NCBI GenBank assembly: GCA_944390975.1
Contig: CALXRX010000007.1
Coordinates: 13,636 to 45,635, forward strand
Reading direction: 5' to 3'
Origin: an uncultured Clostridia bacterium
GTDB taxonomy: Bacteria > Bacillota > Clostridia > TANB77 > CAG-508
DNA length: 32,000 nt
Under the pieces are notes generated by a model. It saw nothing but the letters and a program-made list of their open reading frames with translations, did not search any database and was not told where the DNA came from. Both the position numbers and the translations under genes were made by a program. Position 1 is the stretch's first letter. Every line of letters begins with the position of its first letter. This document shows positions 10,066 to 18,490 of the stretch, piece by piece.

Positions 10066-11664
10066 TTATTTTTTTGTGCCTTTTTCAACTATTCTTTCTA
10101 ATGGATTATATGAATCTTTTGATAATAGTGTTTTTGATACTACTTGACCATTTAATTTTAAAATTTTGTACGCTTCACTTTTATATCCATTTACTCCTTT
10201 TTGTATTTCGTTTTCTACTCCCTCTTCTAACTGGCTATTTTCTATATATTTAGTTGTATATGGTATTACTTCTGTTATTTCATCTTGTATTTCAACATCA
10301 TATTCTACTTCTTCTTCTATTCCATAAATGCTAATTTCACAAATTCCATTTTTAGATATACATTCTATTTTTATTGGGTATGTTCTATTATTTTTAAATT
10401 TCAAGTCTATTGTTCCATATGATACTGTTGCATCTCTACTTGCTGGAACATATGCTGTTATAAAATAATGGTTTCTTCTACTTACAATTTCTAAATTTGC
10501 TTCTAAAGCCGCATTATAAAGTGTAGATGATACTTGGCATATTCCTCCACCTATTCCATCAACAACTTTCCCATTCATATAAACAGAGGCTTCTTTATAA
10601 CCTGCTTTTATTGTTCTTGCTCCTACTACTTTATTATATGAGAATGTTTCTCCTGGCATTAGAGTTGTTCCATTTATTTTTTCAGATGATAACTTAATAT
10701 TAGTACTTCTATTTACATTGCTTTCATCATATCTAGTTATATAATTTGATAATTTTTGTGGGAAAAAGTTTTCATAGTCTAAATCTGTGGTTTTTATTTC
10801 TGCTTCAGTAATATTCAATGGAATAACATATTCTTCTTTTTCTTCTTCTAAAAGTTTTTTTGCTTCATCTATTGAAATTTTAAAGTCTACTCCGTTTACT
10901 TCTGTGTGTAACTCAAATGGATTTTCTTCATAATATGCATTTTGTGGCTCTTTATATATTTCTTCTCTTATTTTTTCAATATCTATTTTTTCTGGTTGTT
11001 TTTCTTCTATTGGTATTTCAATTATACCAACTTCTTCACCTTTTATTTGTTTTTTTATTGCTTCAATTATGGTATTTTTAAATTCTTCTTTTTTAACTTG
11101 AATTCCTGCTTTACCATTTTGAATGATTAAATTTTCTCCTTCTATATAATATGAACTTTCTACTACTATTCCTGGTATTTTTGTAGAGATATCTTCTATA
11201 ATTTTATTAAGTTCTTCTTCATTTATATATATTTCTTTTTCAATTTTTTTATTAAATATTCTTGTTAATAAAATTTCATAATTACTAATTAATATATTAG
11301 TATTTCTTCCAACTTTATAGGCATCGTTTACCGCTTCTGCTGTACTATATGTTACTTCTAATTGTCCTAAACTAATTGTGGTTTCATAATCTCCTTGTTT
11401 TACAGTTAAATTTTTAGCTGTTTGTTTTTCTAAATTTTCTCTTATTTTTTCATATGCCTCATTTATTGTTAAACCTGATACATCAATTTGGTTTATTTTT
11501 ACTCCTGTAATTATTTTTTCATTTACTGAATTAGTTATTGCAAATATTGTTGATAATACTAAAACTGCAAAAATTATAGCTGTAGGTATAATTATTTTTT
11601 TTATATATTTTTTAAATATACTATTATTAACTTGTTGTCTTTTTCTTCTATTATTACCTCTCAT
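10066..11664 (-). CDS. VanW-family protein with N-terminal membrane anchor and C-terminal G5-like domain
   Basis: 532 aa. TM helix IIIPTAIIFAVLVLSTIFAI. VanW core GGGICQVSSTLYNAALEANLEIVSRRNH. The C-terminal segment EIQKGVNGYKSEAYKILKLNGQVVSKTLLSKDSYNPLERIVEKG is G5-like. AAGGAG RBS. Confidence 0.8.
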   Translation of the reverse strand: MRGNNRRKRQQVNNSIFKKYIKKIIIPTAIIFAVLVLSTIFAITNSVNEKIITGVKINQIDVSGLTINEAYEKIRENLEKQTAKNLTVKQGDYETTISLGQLEVTYSTAEAVNDAYKVGRNTNILISNYEILLTRIFNKKIEKEIYINEEELNKIIEDISTKIPGIVVESSYYIEGENLIIQNGKAGIQVKKEEFKNTIIEAIKKQIKGEEVGIIEIPIEEKQPEKIDIEKIREEIYKEPQNAYYEENPFELHTEVNGVDFKISIDEAKKLLEEEKEEYVIPLNITEAEIKTTDLDYENFFPQKLSNYITRYDESNVNRSTNIKLSSEKINGTTLMPGETFSYNKVVGARTIKAGYKEASVYMNGKVVDGIGGGICQVSSTLYNAALEANLEIVSRRNHYFITAYVPASRDATVSYGTIDLKFKNNRTYPIKIECISKNGICEISIYGIEEEVEYDVEIQDEITEVIPYTTKYIENSQLEEGVENEIQKGVNGYKSEAYKILKLNGQVVSKTLLSKDSYNPLERIVEKGTKK

Positions 11665-11746
11665 AATTTCTCCTTTTTAATTAATTACATGTTAATATTA
11701 TCACAGTTTTTTTTTCTTTACAATATATATTTTATTCTATTTTTTT

Positions 11747-11950
11747 CTAACTATTATCTCCAAAAAATATTTCTGTTATTGTCTTTCCCAATGTTTGTGC
11801 TATACTTTCCATTATTTTAGTAGATGGATTCATTCTAGTTCCTTTTTCTAAATGACACAAATATCCTGTTGAAATTCCTGCCTTTTTAGCCAATTCTTCC
11901 AAATTCATTCCCTTCTCTTTTCTATAGTCTCTTATTCTATTTTTATACAT
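11747..11950 (-). CDS. Cro-like XRE-family HTH regulator
   Basis: The RBS-supported start is AAAGGAGAAAAATATG at 11950; the track start at 12010 has no RBS. MNLEELAKKAGISTGYLCHLEKGTRMNPS is a classic HTH_3 motif. Confidence 0.75.
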   Translation of the reverse strand: MYKNRIRDYRKEKGMNLEELAKKAGISTGYLCHLEKGTRMNPSTKIMESIAQTLGKTITEIFFGDNS

Positions 11951-11981
11951 ATTTTTCTCCTTTCGTTTACAATTTGTCAAT

Positions 11982-12010
11982 ATTATATCGATGCTAATTT
12001 GACAAGTCAA
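11982..12010 (-). promoter_or_regulatory. SigA-type promoter of the cro-like gene
   Basis: On the minus strand: TTGACT (12010..12005), 17 bp, TATAAT (11987..11982). The -35 is half of the palindrome TTGACAAGTCAA (11999-12010). Confidence 0.5.
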
Positions 12011-12060
12011 TTGTTTTGTGATATTTTTTTATAAAATTTAATATTTTTTTCATTTACTGG

Positions 12061-12089
12061 TAGACAAATTGTGTTTTTTTATATATAAT
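12061..12089 (+). promoter_or_regulatory. SigA-type promoter of the CI/LexA-like gene
   Basis: TAGACA (12061-12066), 17 bp, TATAAT (12084-12089). GACAAATTGT overlapping the -35 is the inverted copy of ACAATTTGTC at about 11969-11978. Confidence 0.5.
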
Positions 12090-12122
12090 AATGAAAAAAT
12101 ATGGAAAAAGAGGTAGAAATTT

Positions 12123-12692
12123 ATGATTGGTGACATGATTGCAAAAGCAAGAAAAGAAAAAAAGATGACAAAAACAGAACTTTCTAGATTAACAGACATT
12201 AATATAGGTCATTTAACACATATTGAAAAAGGAGAAAGAAATCCTAGCCATAAAGCATTAAAAAATATTTGCAAAGCTTTAGATATTCCTTATCAACAAT
12301 TAATGTATACTTATGATAAAGTTATTAATGAAGATCAAGAAAATTATAATGTTATAAGCCATATTTCTTATAATAAATTATTAGCAGTAGATTCTGTTAG
12401 TGGATTTATTGATTGTCCACCTAATGTACCAAGTTCTGCTATTGCTTTAAAAATAAATGATGATTCTATGGCACCAACCTTTGCAAAAGACTCATATGTA
12501 TTTATAGAATTTAATACACCTTTAAACAGCAGAGACTATGGTTTATTTAGTTTAAATGGAGATATTATTATTAGAAAATTCTTTACAAGAAACGGAAAAA
12601 TTATTTTAAGAGCTGATAATAAAAATAATCCTGAAATTTCTGTAAAAAAAGATGATGTTTTTTACATTATTGGAAAAATTTTATCAAAATAA
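12123..12692 (+). CDS. CI/LexA-like repressor: XRE HTH fused to an S24 self-cleaving peptidase domain
   Basis: N-terminus MTKTELSRLTDINIGHLTHIEKGERNPS is an HTH. The C-terminus has the catalytic Ser context INDDSMAPTF and a downstream Lys (IIIRKFF), as in LexA/CI S24 domains. Confidence 0.75.
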   Translation: MIGDMIAKARKEKKMTKTELSRLTDINIGHLTHIEKGERNPSHKALKNICKALDIPYQQLMYTYDKVINEDQENYNVISHISYNKLLAVDSVSGFIDCPPNVPSSAIALKINDDSMAPTFAKDSYVFIEFNTPLNSRDYGLFSLNGDIIIRKFFTRNGKIILRADNKNNPEISVKKDDVFYIIGKILSK

Positions 12693-12713
12693 ATAATTTC
12701 TTGTAAAAAATAC

Positions 12714-12742
12714 TTGAATATTTGTTTTTTTAATAATATAAT
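12714..12742 (+). promoter_or_regulatory. Candidate SigA promoter for the 12778 gene
   Basis: TTGAAT, 17 bp, TATAAT, about 35 nt before the AAGGAG RBS. Confidence 0.35.
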
Positions 12743-12777
12743 ATGGATACAAAAGATAAATAAGGAGAGATATAATA

Positions 12778-13242
12778 ATGGAATTAACAAAAAATATATT
12801 CTTTAATACTGATAAATTAATAGAAAATTCAACTGTTAAAATTTCTTATTCAGGAAAACTATTTCAAGAAAATGCTGAAAGAGTTTTTATTCACTATGGA
12901 TTTGGATTACTTTGGGATAATTTAAATGAAATAGAAATGGAAAAAACTGAACTTGGTTTTCAAGCAGAAATTAAACTTGATTCTTTTGATACATTCAATT
13001 TCTGTTTTAAAGACGATAATAACTGTTGGGATAATAACAATGGAAACAATTATATTTTTCCAATTGAAAAAAATGTTATGTCTTTAGTTGCAACAGAACA
13101 AGACGAATTAAGTATGATTACACCTAGAAGACTAAGAAAATCTTACATTTGGAGTAAAAAAGTAAGACTTGCAATATATAAAATTATTACATACATTCCA
13201 AAAATTATATCTGGAAATTATAAAAGAAAAGTAACTGAATAA
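12778..13242 (+). CDS. Hypothetical protein with a CBM25/CBM53-like (starch-binding-type) domain
   Basis: 154 aa. The pattern VKISYSG...VFIHYGFGLLWDN...FCFKDDNNCWDNNNGNNYIF resembles carbohydrate-binding modules that carry a WDNN-G-NY signature. This assignment is from memory only. Confidence 0.45.
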   Translation: MELTKNIFFNTDKLIENSTVKISYSGKLFQENAERVFIHYGFGLLWDNLNEIEMEKTELGFQAEIKLDSFDTFNFCFKDDNNCWDNNNGNNYIFPIEKNVMSLVATEQDELSMITPRRLRKSYIWSKKVRLAIYKIITYIPKIISGNYKRKVTE

Positions 13243-13252
13243 TATATAAATT

Positions 13253-13274
13253 AAAGACGGAATAATCCGTCTTT
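13253..13274. terminator. Bidirectional terminator between convergent genes
   Basis: Stem AAAGACGGA / TCCGTCTTT with a 4-nt loop. It is flanked by A/T runs and overlaps the SDR stop codon. Confidence 0.6.
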
Positions 13275-13999
13275 TAAATTACCCATCCGCCATTTGGAGA
13301 TATAATTTGCCCAGTTGTATAAGTATCTTCAACTAACCATTTTGCACATTTTGCAATTTCTTCTGGCATTCCAAATCTTCCTAATGGTATTTGATTATTT
13401 ATTTCTTCAATTTCTTCCTTTGTACAATCATTATTCATATCTGTCATTATTGCACCTGGCGCAATTGAATTAACTCGTATTCCAGATGGTCCTAGTTCTT
13501 TTGCTAATGCTTTTGTTAAACCATCTATTCCAGCTTTACTAACAGAATATGCAACTTCACATGAAGCTCCTGTTATTCCCCATATAGAAGAAATATTTAT
13601 AATACATCCCTTTTTATATTTAATCATATCTTTTACTACTTCTTGAGTCATATAAAAAACAGAATTTAAATTACAAGAAATTAATTCATCCCAATCTTTA
13701 TCTGTAATATCAGTAAATAACTGCCATTTATCAATTCCTGCATTATTAACTAATATATCTATTTCACCAAATTTTTCTTTTGCAAATGCTATAAGCTTTT
13801 GGACTTCTTCTCTTTTAGAAACATCAGCTTTATATATTTCTACTTTATTCCCTTTTTGTGTTAAATCTTTTTTTAGGTTTTGTGCTTCTTGTTCAGACTT
13901 ATTATAATTAATTACTACATTTATCCCCATTTGTGCAAATTCTTCAACTATCGCTCTTCCAATACCTTTTGCTCCTCCTGTTATAATTGCTGTACTCAT
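13274..13999 (-). CDS. Short-chain dehydrogenase/reductase (FabG-like 3-oxoacyl-ACP reductase family)
   Basis: TGGAKGIGRAI cofactor motif, NNAG, and the catalytic YSVSKAG (YxxxK). Confidence 0.85.
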   Translation of the reverse strand: MSTAIITGGAKGIGRAIVEEFAQMGINVVINYNKSEQEAQNLKKDLTQKGNKVEIYKADVSKREEVQKLIAFAKEKFGEIDILVNNAGIDKWQLFTDITDKDWDELISCNLNSVFYMTQEVVKDMIKYKKGCIINISSIWGITGASCEVAYSVSKAGIDGLTKALAKELGPSGIRVNSIAPGAIMTDMNNDCTKEEIEEINNQIPLGRFGMPEEIAKCAKWLVEDTYTTGQIISPNGGWVI

Positions 14000-14071
14000 T
14001 TATTTCCTCCTAATTAATAAAATAAAAGCCAATAATTAAGAGCTTTCTCAAAACTATTGACCTTTTTAATA

Positions 14072-14148
14072 TGGAGCCACTTCTCAGATTCGAACTGAGG
14101 ACCCCCGCATTACAAGTGCGGTGCTCTGGCCAACTGAGCTAAAGTGGC
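14072..14148 (-). tRNA. tRNA-Thr (anticodon UGU)
   Basis: Reverse complement GCCACTTTAGCTCAGTTGGCCAGAGCACCGCACTTGTAATGCGGGGGTCCTCAGTTCGAATCTGAGAAGTGGCTCCA. Full cloverleaf with anticodon loop CTTGTAA. Confidence 0.9.
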
Positions 14149-14150
14149 GT

Positions 14151-14225
14151 TGGTGACCCGTACGGGATTCGAACCCATGTCTCCGCCGTGAAAGGGCGGT
14201 GTATTAACCTCTTTACCAACGGGCC
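14151..14225 (-). tRNA. tRNA-Glu (anticodon UUC)
   Basis: Reverse complement GGCCCGTTGGTAAAGAGGTTAATACACCGCCCTTTCACGGCGGAGACATGGGTTCGAATCCCGTACGGGTCACCA. Anticodon loop CTTTCAC. It lies only 2 nt from tRNA-Thr. Confidence 0.9.
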
Positions 14226-14264
14226 AAATATAAAAGAATGCTAAATTTTCATTTAGTATTCTTT

Positions 14265-14340
14265 TGGTGAGCCATCGCAGACTCGAACTGCGGACAACTT
14301 GATTAAAAGTCAAGTGCTCTACCACCTGAGCTAATGGCCC
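14265..14340 (-). tRNA. tRNA-Lys (anticodon UUU)
   Basis: Reverse complement GGGCCATTAGCTCAGGTGGTAGAGCACTTGACTTTTAATCAAGTTGTCCGCAGTTCGAGTCTGCGATGGCTCACCA. Anticodon loop CTTTTAA. Confidence 0.9.
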
Positions 14341-14498
14341 AAAAATGTACCCGTGAAATAGGTACTTTAATATGTTACTACATTTTTTATGTTCTGTCAA
14401 TCTTTTTTTCACATTTTTTTCATATTTTTGAAACTTTTTTATCATATTTATTGTTTTATTATATAATATATATTTTTTATACCTTTAATATAACAAAT

Positions 14499-14684
14499 TT
14501 ATGCGTTTAATTCATTTAAAATTTCTTCTACATCTATTCCATGTACCATACAAGCTTCTTCTATAGTTTCTTCTTGTGATGCTGGACATCCTAAACAATG
14601 CATTCCTGCATTTAATAATATTTCTGCTTTTTCTGGTGCATTTTCTAATAATTCTCCAATTTTTGTTGTTTTTTCTATTTTCAT
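14499..14684 (-). CDS. DUF1858-family small protein (hybrid-cluster-protein-associated redox disulfide domain)
   Basis: 61 aa. TKIGELLENAPEKAEILLNAGMHCLGCPASQEETIEEACMVHGID is the typical DUF1858 pattern with CxxC. Confidence 0.7.
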   Translation of the reverse strand: MKIEKTTKIGELLENAPEKAEILLNAGMHCLGCPASQEETIEEACMVHGIDVEEILNELNA

Positions 14685-14739
14685 TGTTTCACCTCCTATC
14701 TTAATTTCTCATATTTTATCATATTTATTCAAAAAAGTA

Positions 14740-14768
14740 TAGACAAATTTATTTTTTTGTTATATGAT
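14740..14768 (+). promoter_or_regulatory. Candidate SigA promoter for the coupling-protein operon
   Basis: TAGACA, 17 bp, TATGAT. It is followed by a 10-bp inverted repeat, GTGATAAAAA (14786-14795) / TTTTTATCAC (14817-14826). AT-rich background, so support is weak. Confidence 0.3.
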
Positions 14769-14950
14769 TATGCTATTGTTAGGTGGTGATAAAAATTAAT
14801 ACTTTAATTAATCTATTTTTTATCACTTTCATTATAAATATTTTTATTGTTTTTTATTCAATTTATACTTTTTTCGATATTAAAATTTTCCATAATTTAC
14901 AAGGTGCAAAATTAAATATCAAAAAACGTGACTTTAATTAGGAGGTTTTC

Positions 14951-16675
14951 ATGTTAGTACAAAAATTTTATCATAGGCTATTTTTTTGCTTTATTTTTTG
15001 TTTTTTCCTCTGTTTAATTGGATTTATATTATTTAAACCTATTTTTTTAACTAATACAGTAATTATTCCCTATTCTTTACATCCTTATGATATATGTGCT
15101 ACTAAACCCGTTTTATGGCAGAATATTAAAATTTGTTTTATTATTTTTTACGTTATTTCTTCAATTATTTGTTCAAATTTTTTATATTCTTTAATTTTTC
15201 GAAAATATATACTTAATGTAAAGAAATTAAATAAAAAAAGCAATAAACTTATTAAGCCCAATTTAAATGATAAAAATTTATTTTTATTTGTAGGAAAAAA
15301 TGAAAGTGACAATTTAGTTTATATTCCAGAAAAAAGTTTATATCAAAACATTTTAATTACCGGTACTATTGGTACTGGAAAAACAAGTTCTTGTATGTAC
15401 CCATTTACAAAACAATTAATAAATTTCAATAATAATAACCCTAATTCTAAATTAGGCATGCTAATTTTGGATGTTAAAGGAAATTTCTATCGTGAAGTTA
15501 TTAATTTTGCAAGAAATTCTAATCGTTTGGATGATTTATATATAATTGAATTAGGAAAAAATGTAAAATATAATCCGCTTGATAAGCCAAATTTAAAACC
15601 AAGTGTTCTTGCTAATAGATTGAAAACAATTCTTATGCTTTTTTCTCCCAATAACTCGGATTCCTATTGGCTTGATAAAGTAGAGCAAGTTCTGACTGAA
15701 GCAATAAAATTCTGCAGGTTATATAATAATGGCTATGTTACTTTTTTAGAACTTCACAAATTAGTTACTATTCCAAATTATTATATCGATAAATTAGATA
15801 TTATAAAAGATATTTTTATTTCTGGTAAGTTATCCAAAAAAGATTGTTATGATGCAATTTCTTCAGTTGAATTTTTTGAAAAAGAATTTAATTCACTTGA
15901 TAATAGAACTTCTTCTATTATCAAATCCGAAATTACTCGTATTACAAATTGTTTTGTTTCAGATTATGATGTAATGAATACTTTTTGCCCCCAAAAAGAA
16001 GATATTACTTTCTCTGGTTTTAGAGATTTAGTAGATAATGGAAAAATTGTTGTATTAAATATGAATATTGCAGAATACAGGAATTTATCAAAAATTATTG
16101 CAACCTATTTAAAATTAGATTTTCAAACAGAAGTTATGAACAGATTAAATAGGTATGATAATAATGATTTTAGAAGTGTAGCATTTATATGTGATGAGTT
16201 TCATGAATACTGTTCTATCTCAGATGCAGATTTTTTTGCACAATCAAGAGAAGCAAAATGTATAAATATTGTTGCAACACAAAGCTATTCCTCTTTATTA
16301 AACTCAATTAATAATCAATATGCAGTAAAAGTAATTGTTCAGAATTTAATAAATAAATTTTGGTTTAGAACTGATGACATTAATACAATTGATGATATCC
16401 AAAAGCAAATTGGTAAAGAGGATAAAGTAAAAATATCTAAAAGTATTTCTGAAAATGCTAAGGAAACTCATTACAGCTATTTTACAAAATCCTTAAATTC
16501 TAAAGATTCAAATTTGTCTGAGAGTATAAATGAATATGTACAAAGTGATTATATTTATGATACTAATTTTTTTACTACAGGATTAGAAACCTTTTCATGT
16601 TTGTCCTTTTTATCTGATGGATATAAAATTTTAAAACCAATGAAATTAAAATTGATTCCATATTTTCGTAAATAA
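14951..16675 (+). CDS. VirD4/TraG/TraD-family type IV coupling protein (T4CP)
   Basis: 574 aa. N-terminal TM helices. Walker A ILITGTIGTGKTSS, then LILDVKGNF. Walker B VAFICDEFHEY, followed by AQSREAKCINIVATQSYSSL (TraG-D_C-like). AGGAGG RBS. Confidence 0.8.
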   Translation: MLVQKFYHRLFFCFIFCFFLCLIGFILFKPIFLTNTVIIPYSLHPYDICATKPVLWQNIKICFIIFYVISSIICSNFLYSLIFRKYILNVKKLNKKSNKLIKPNLNDKNLFLFVGKNESDNLVYIPEKSLYQNILITGTIGTGKTSSCMYPFTKQLINFNNNNPNSKLGMLILDVKGNFYREVINFARNSNRLDDLYIIELGKNVKYNPLDKPNLKPSVLANRLKTILMLFSPNNSDSYWLDKVEQVLTEAIKFCRLYNNGYVTFLELHKLVTIPNYYIDKLDIIKDIFISGKLSKKDCYDAISSVEFFEKEFNSLDNRTSSIIKSEITRITNCFVSDYDVMNTFCPQKEDITFSGFRDLVDNGKIVVLNMNIAEYRNLSKIIATYLKLDFQTEVMNRLNRYDNNDFRSVAFICDEFHEYCSISDADFFAQSREAKCINIVATQSYSSLLNSINNQYAVKVIVQNLINKFWFRTDDINTIDDIQKQIGKEDKVKISKSISENAKETHYSYFTKSLNSKDSNLSESINEYVQSDYIYDTNFFTTGLETFSCLSFLSDGYKILKPMKLKLIPYFRK

Positions 16676-16760
16676 TAATTTATTTTACTTTTAAATTAAT
16701 AATAAACAATTTTTTTAAACTGTTTTATATTTATTAAAATTTATTTTAGGAGGTTTTATT

Positions 16761-17090
16761 TTGAAAACAAAAAAATTATTTTTTATTTTATTTACTGTAT
16801 TTTTATTTATTATTATTTTATTTTCATCTGCTAATTATTCTTACTGTGCAGATCAAAAACTTGTAAATACTATAAATAAGGCTTTTGAACAAATACAAGA
16901 CTGGTTATTAAAGCTTGCAACCCCTGCTGCTGCAGTTGCTGTTGGCACTGGTGTTTTTATGAAAAAGTTTAGTTTTGGAGATGAAGAGAGAATTAGAGTT
17001 GGAAAAAAATTAATTAAAAGTTCTTTATTTTCTTATGCATTTATTCTAGCAATTGATTTAATTCTATCTGCTATTAAATCACTAATTTAA
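16761..17090 (+). CDS. Small TrbC/VirB2-like or Maff2-like membrane protein
   Basis: 109 aa. TTG start 7 nt after AGGAGG. A signal-like N-terminus is followed by two hydrophobic helices (LATPAAAVAVGTGVF and LFSYAFILAIDLILSAI) separated by a charged loop. Its position between T4CP and VirB6 matches clostridial conjugation modules. Confidence 0.55.
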   Translation: MKTKKLFFILFTVFLFIIILFSSANYSYCADQKLVNTINKAFEQIQDWLLKLATPAAAVAVGTGVFMKKFSFGDEERIRVGKKLIKSSLFSYAFILAIDLILSAIKSLI

Positions 17091-17105
17091 TAGGAGGTTG
17101 ATTTA

Positions 17106-17984
17106 TTGGAAGAAGAAATAAATATAACAGAAGTAATTATTAATTCTATTAATACTATTTTTCAAACTATTTTTTCATCTATTGATAATAATTTATATTC
17201 TATTATTGATGAAATAACTTTTGTTAATACAGATATTTTAGATACTTCTTATTTTAGAAATATTTTTGGTACATCAACAACAAATGGAATTCTTTTAATT
17301 GCAAATTCTCTTGTTTTAGGATTTTTTCTATATTATTGTTTTAAATTATTATTATCAAATCTTTTAATAACTCAAACAGAACGCCCTGTTAGTTTTATTT
17401 TTAAATTATTAATTTTTTGCATTTGCATGAATTCTTCAATATTTATTTGTGAACAGATAATTTTTATTAATAATTCTATTTCTTCTGCAATAAAAGAACT
17501 AGGAAATAATTTATTTGGAACTACTTTAAGCTTTTCTGCTTTAGTAGAAAAATTAAATATTATGATACAAATAGAAGAAAATAGTTTTACTATTTTTTCT
17601 ATAGATGGTTTGTTGAAAAGTATAATTTCAATTAGTTTTTTAAATTTAACTTTTTCTTATTCTCTAAGATACATAATGATAAAAGTGTTTGTTCTTATTT
17701 CTCCTTTTGCTTTTTTATCTCTTAGCACAAGTTCTACTTCTAGCTTTTTTAAAGCTTGGATTAAGTGTTTTTTATCATTATTATTTATACAAATTTTAGT
17801 GTCATTTGTTTTACTAATAATATTTTCTATAGATTTTAGCTCTAATAATATTTTTTCTAAATTTTTAATTTGTGGCTCTATTTTTGCTTTGCTTAAGGCT
17901 AATTCTTATGTTAGAGAATTTATGGGTGGAATTAGTACTGATATATCTAATAGCTTTAATGGTATAAAATCTTTTATTAAGTAG
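17106..17984 (+). CDS. VirB6/TrbL-like polytopic membrane protein
   Basis: 292 aa. TTG start 8 nt after AGGAGG. Multiple TM helices. The conserved-looking core is SYSLRYIMIKVFVLISPFAFLSL...FFKAWIKCFLSLLFIQ (an RY...SP...W.K pattern). Confidence 0.6.
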   Translation: MEEEINITEVIINSINTIFQTIFSSIDNNLYSIIDEITFVNTDILDTSYFRNIFGTSTTNGILLIANSLVLGFFLYYCFKLLLSNLLITQTERPVSFIFKLLIFCICMNSSIFICEQIIFINNSISSAIKELGNNLFGTTLSFSALVEKLNIMIQIEENSFTIFSIDGLLKSIISISFLNLTFSYSLRYIMIKVFVLISPFAFLSLSTSSTSSFFKAWIKCFLSLLFIQILVSFVLLIIFSIDFSSNNIFSKFLICGSIFALLKANSYVREFMGGISTDISNSFNGIKSFIK

Positions 17985-17995
17985 GTGTGTTAATT

Positions 17996-18277
17996 ATGAA
18001 ATTTATATTTCCTCAAAATTATAATTTTAATAGCAAATTATTTGGTTTTATTGATTATTCCACTGCTATATTGAATATTGTTTGGTTTAGTTTTGTTTTT
18101 TGTTTTGTTAATTTATTTTTTTCTAATATTAATTTAAAAATATTTATATTTATTGTTTTATGCTTTCCTGTATTACTATTTAGTATTATTGGATTTAATC
18201 ATGAAAATATTATATATGTTTTTATATATATTTCTAAATATGTTAGAAATCCTAAAATATATCTGTACAAAAGATAA
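17996..18277 (+). CDS. PrgI/TcpE/VirB3-like small two-TM protein
   Basis: 93 aa from ATG 17996; the track uses GTG 17987. Two TM helices. It occupies the slot that normally precedes virB4. Confidence 0.5.
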   Translation: MKFIFPQNYNFNSKLFGFIDYSTAILNIVWFSFVFCFVNLFFSNINLKIFIFIVLCFPVLLFSIIGFNHENIIYVFIYISKYVRNPKIYLYKR

Positions 18278-18307
18278 AATATTTTACGAATATTTTTAGT
18301 GTTAAAA

Positions 18308-18361
18308 TTCAGACTATTTTACTTTTTTAAAATTTATAGGTAATAGTATATAAATATTTTG
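18308..18361 (+). repeat. Direct repeat copy A (paired with 23328..23381)
   Basis: TTCAGACTATTTTACTTTTTTAAAATTTATAGGTAATAGTATATAAATATTTTG versus TTCAGACTATTTAACTTTTTTAAATTGATAGATAATTATATATAAATATTTTTG. About 88% identity with 2 single-nt gaps. Starts 31 nt after the PrgI-like stop. Confidence 0.6.
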
Positions 18362-18398
18362 AGCAATAATTTTTTAGTAGATAATTTTCTCCATTTTA

Positions 18399-18427
18399 TT
18401 GTATTAATTCTTTTAAAATGATATAAT
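18399..18427 (+). promoter_or_regulatory. Candidate extended -10 promoter for the dnaD-like/dnaI-like operon
   Basis: TTGTAT, 17 bp, TGaTATAAT (18419-18427), about 60 nt before the ATG at 18491. Confidence 0.4.
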
Positions 18428-18490
18428 TTGATATATTATTACATAAGATAAAAATTTATATATGATGTATACAAGGAGAGAAAAATATTT

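Noticed and set aside
11747-12692. Prophage, inferred from the Cro/CI-like pair
   Set aside because: No integrase, terminase, portal, capsid, tail or lysis genes lie anywhere nearby, and the flanking genes are housekeeping or accessory. I treat the pair as an orphan switch only.
14110-14445. 111-aa minus-strand ORF from the track
   Set aside because: It reads straight through three well-formed tRNA genes (Thr, Glu, Lys). Its 'protein' is simply a translation of tRNA sequence, so it is spurious.
14786-14826. 10-bp inverted repeat upstream of the T4CP gene as a possible oriT
   Set aside because: The arms are almost pure A/T (GTGATAAAAA / TTTTTATCAC). No relaxase gene or nick-site-like motif can be recognised. 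It could equally be an operator or a leader hairpin, and the evidence does not support an oriT call.
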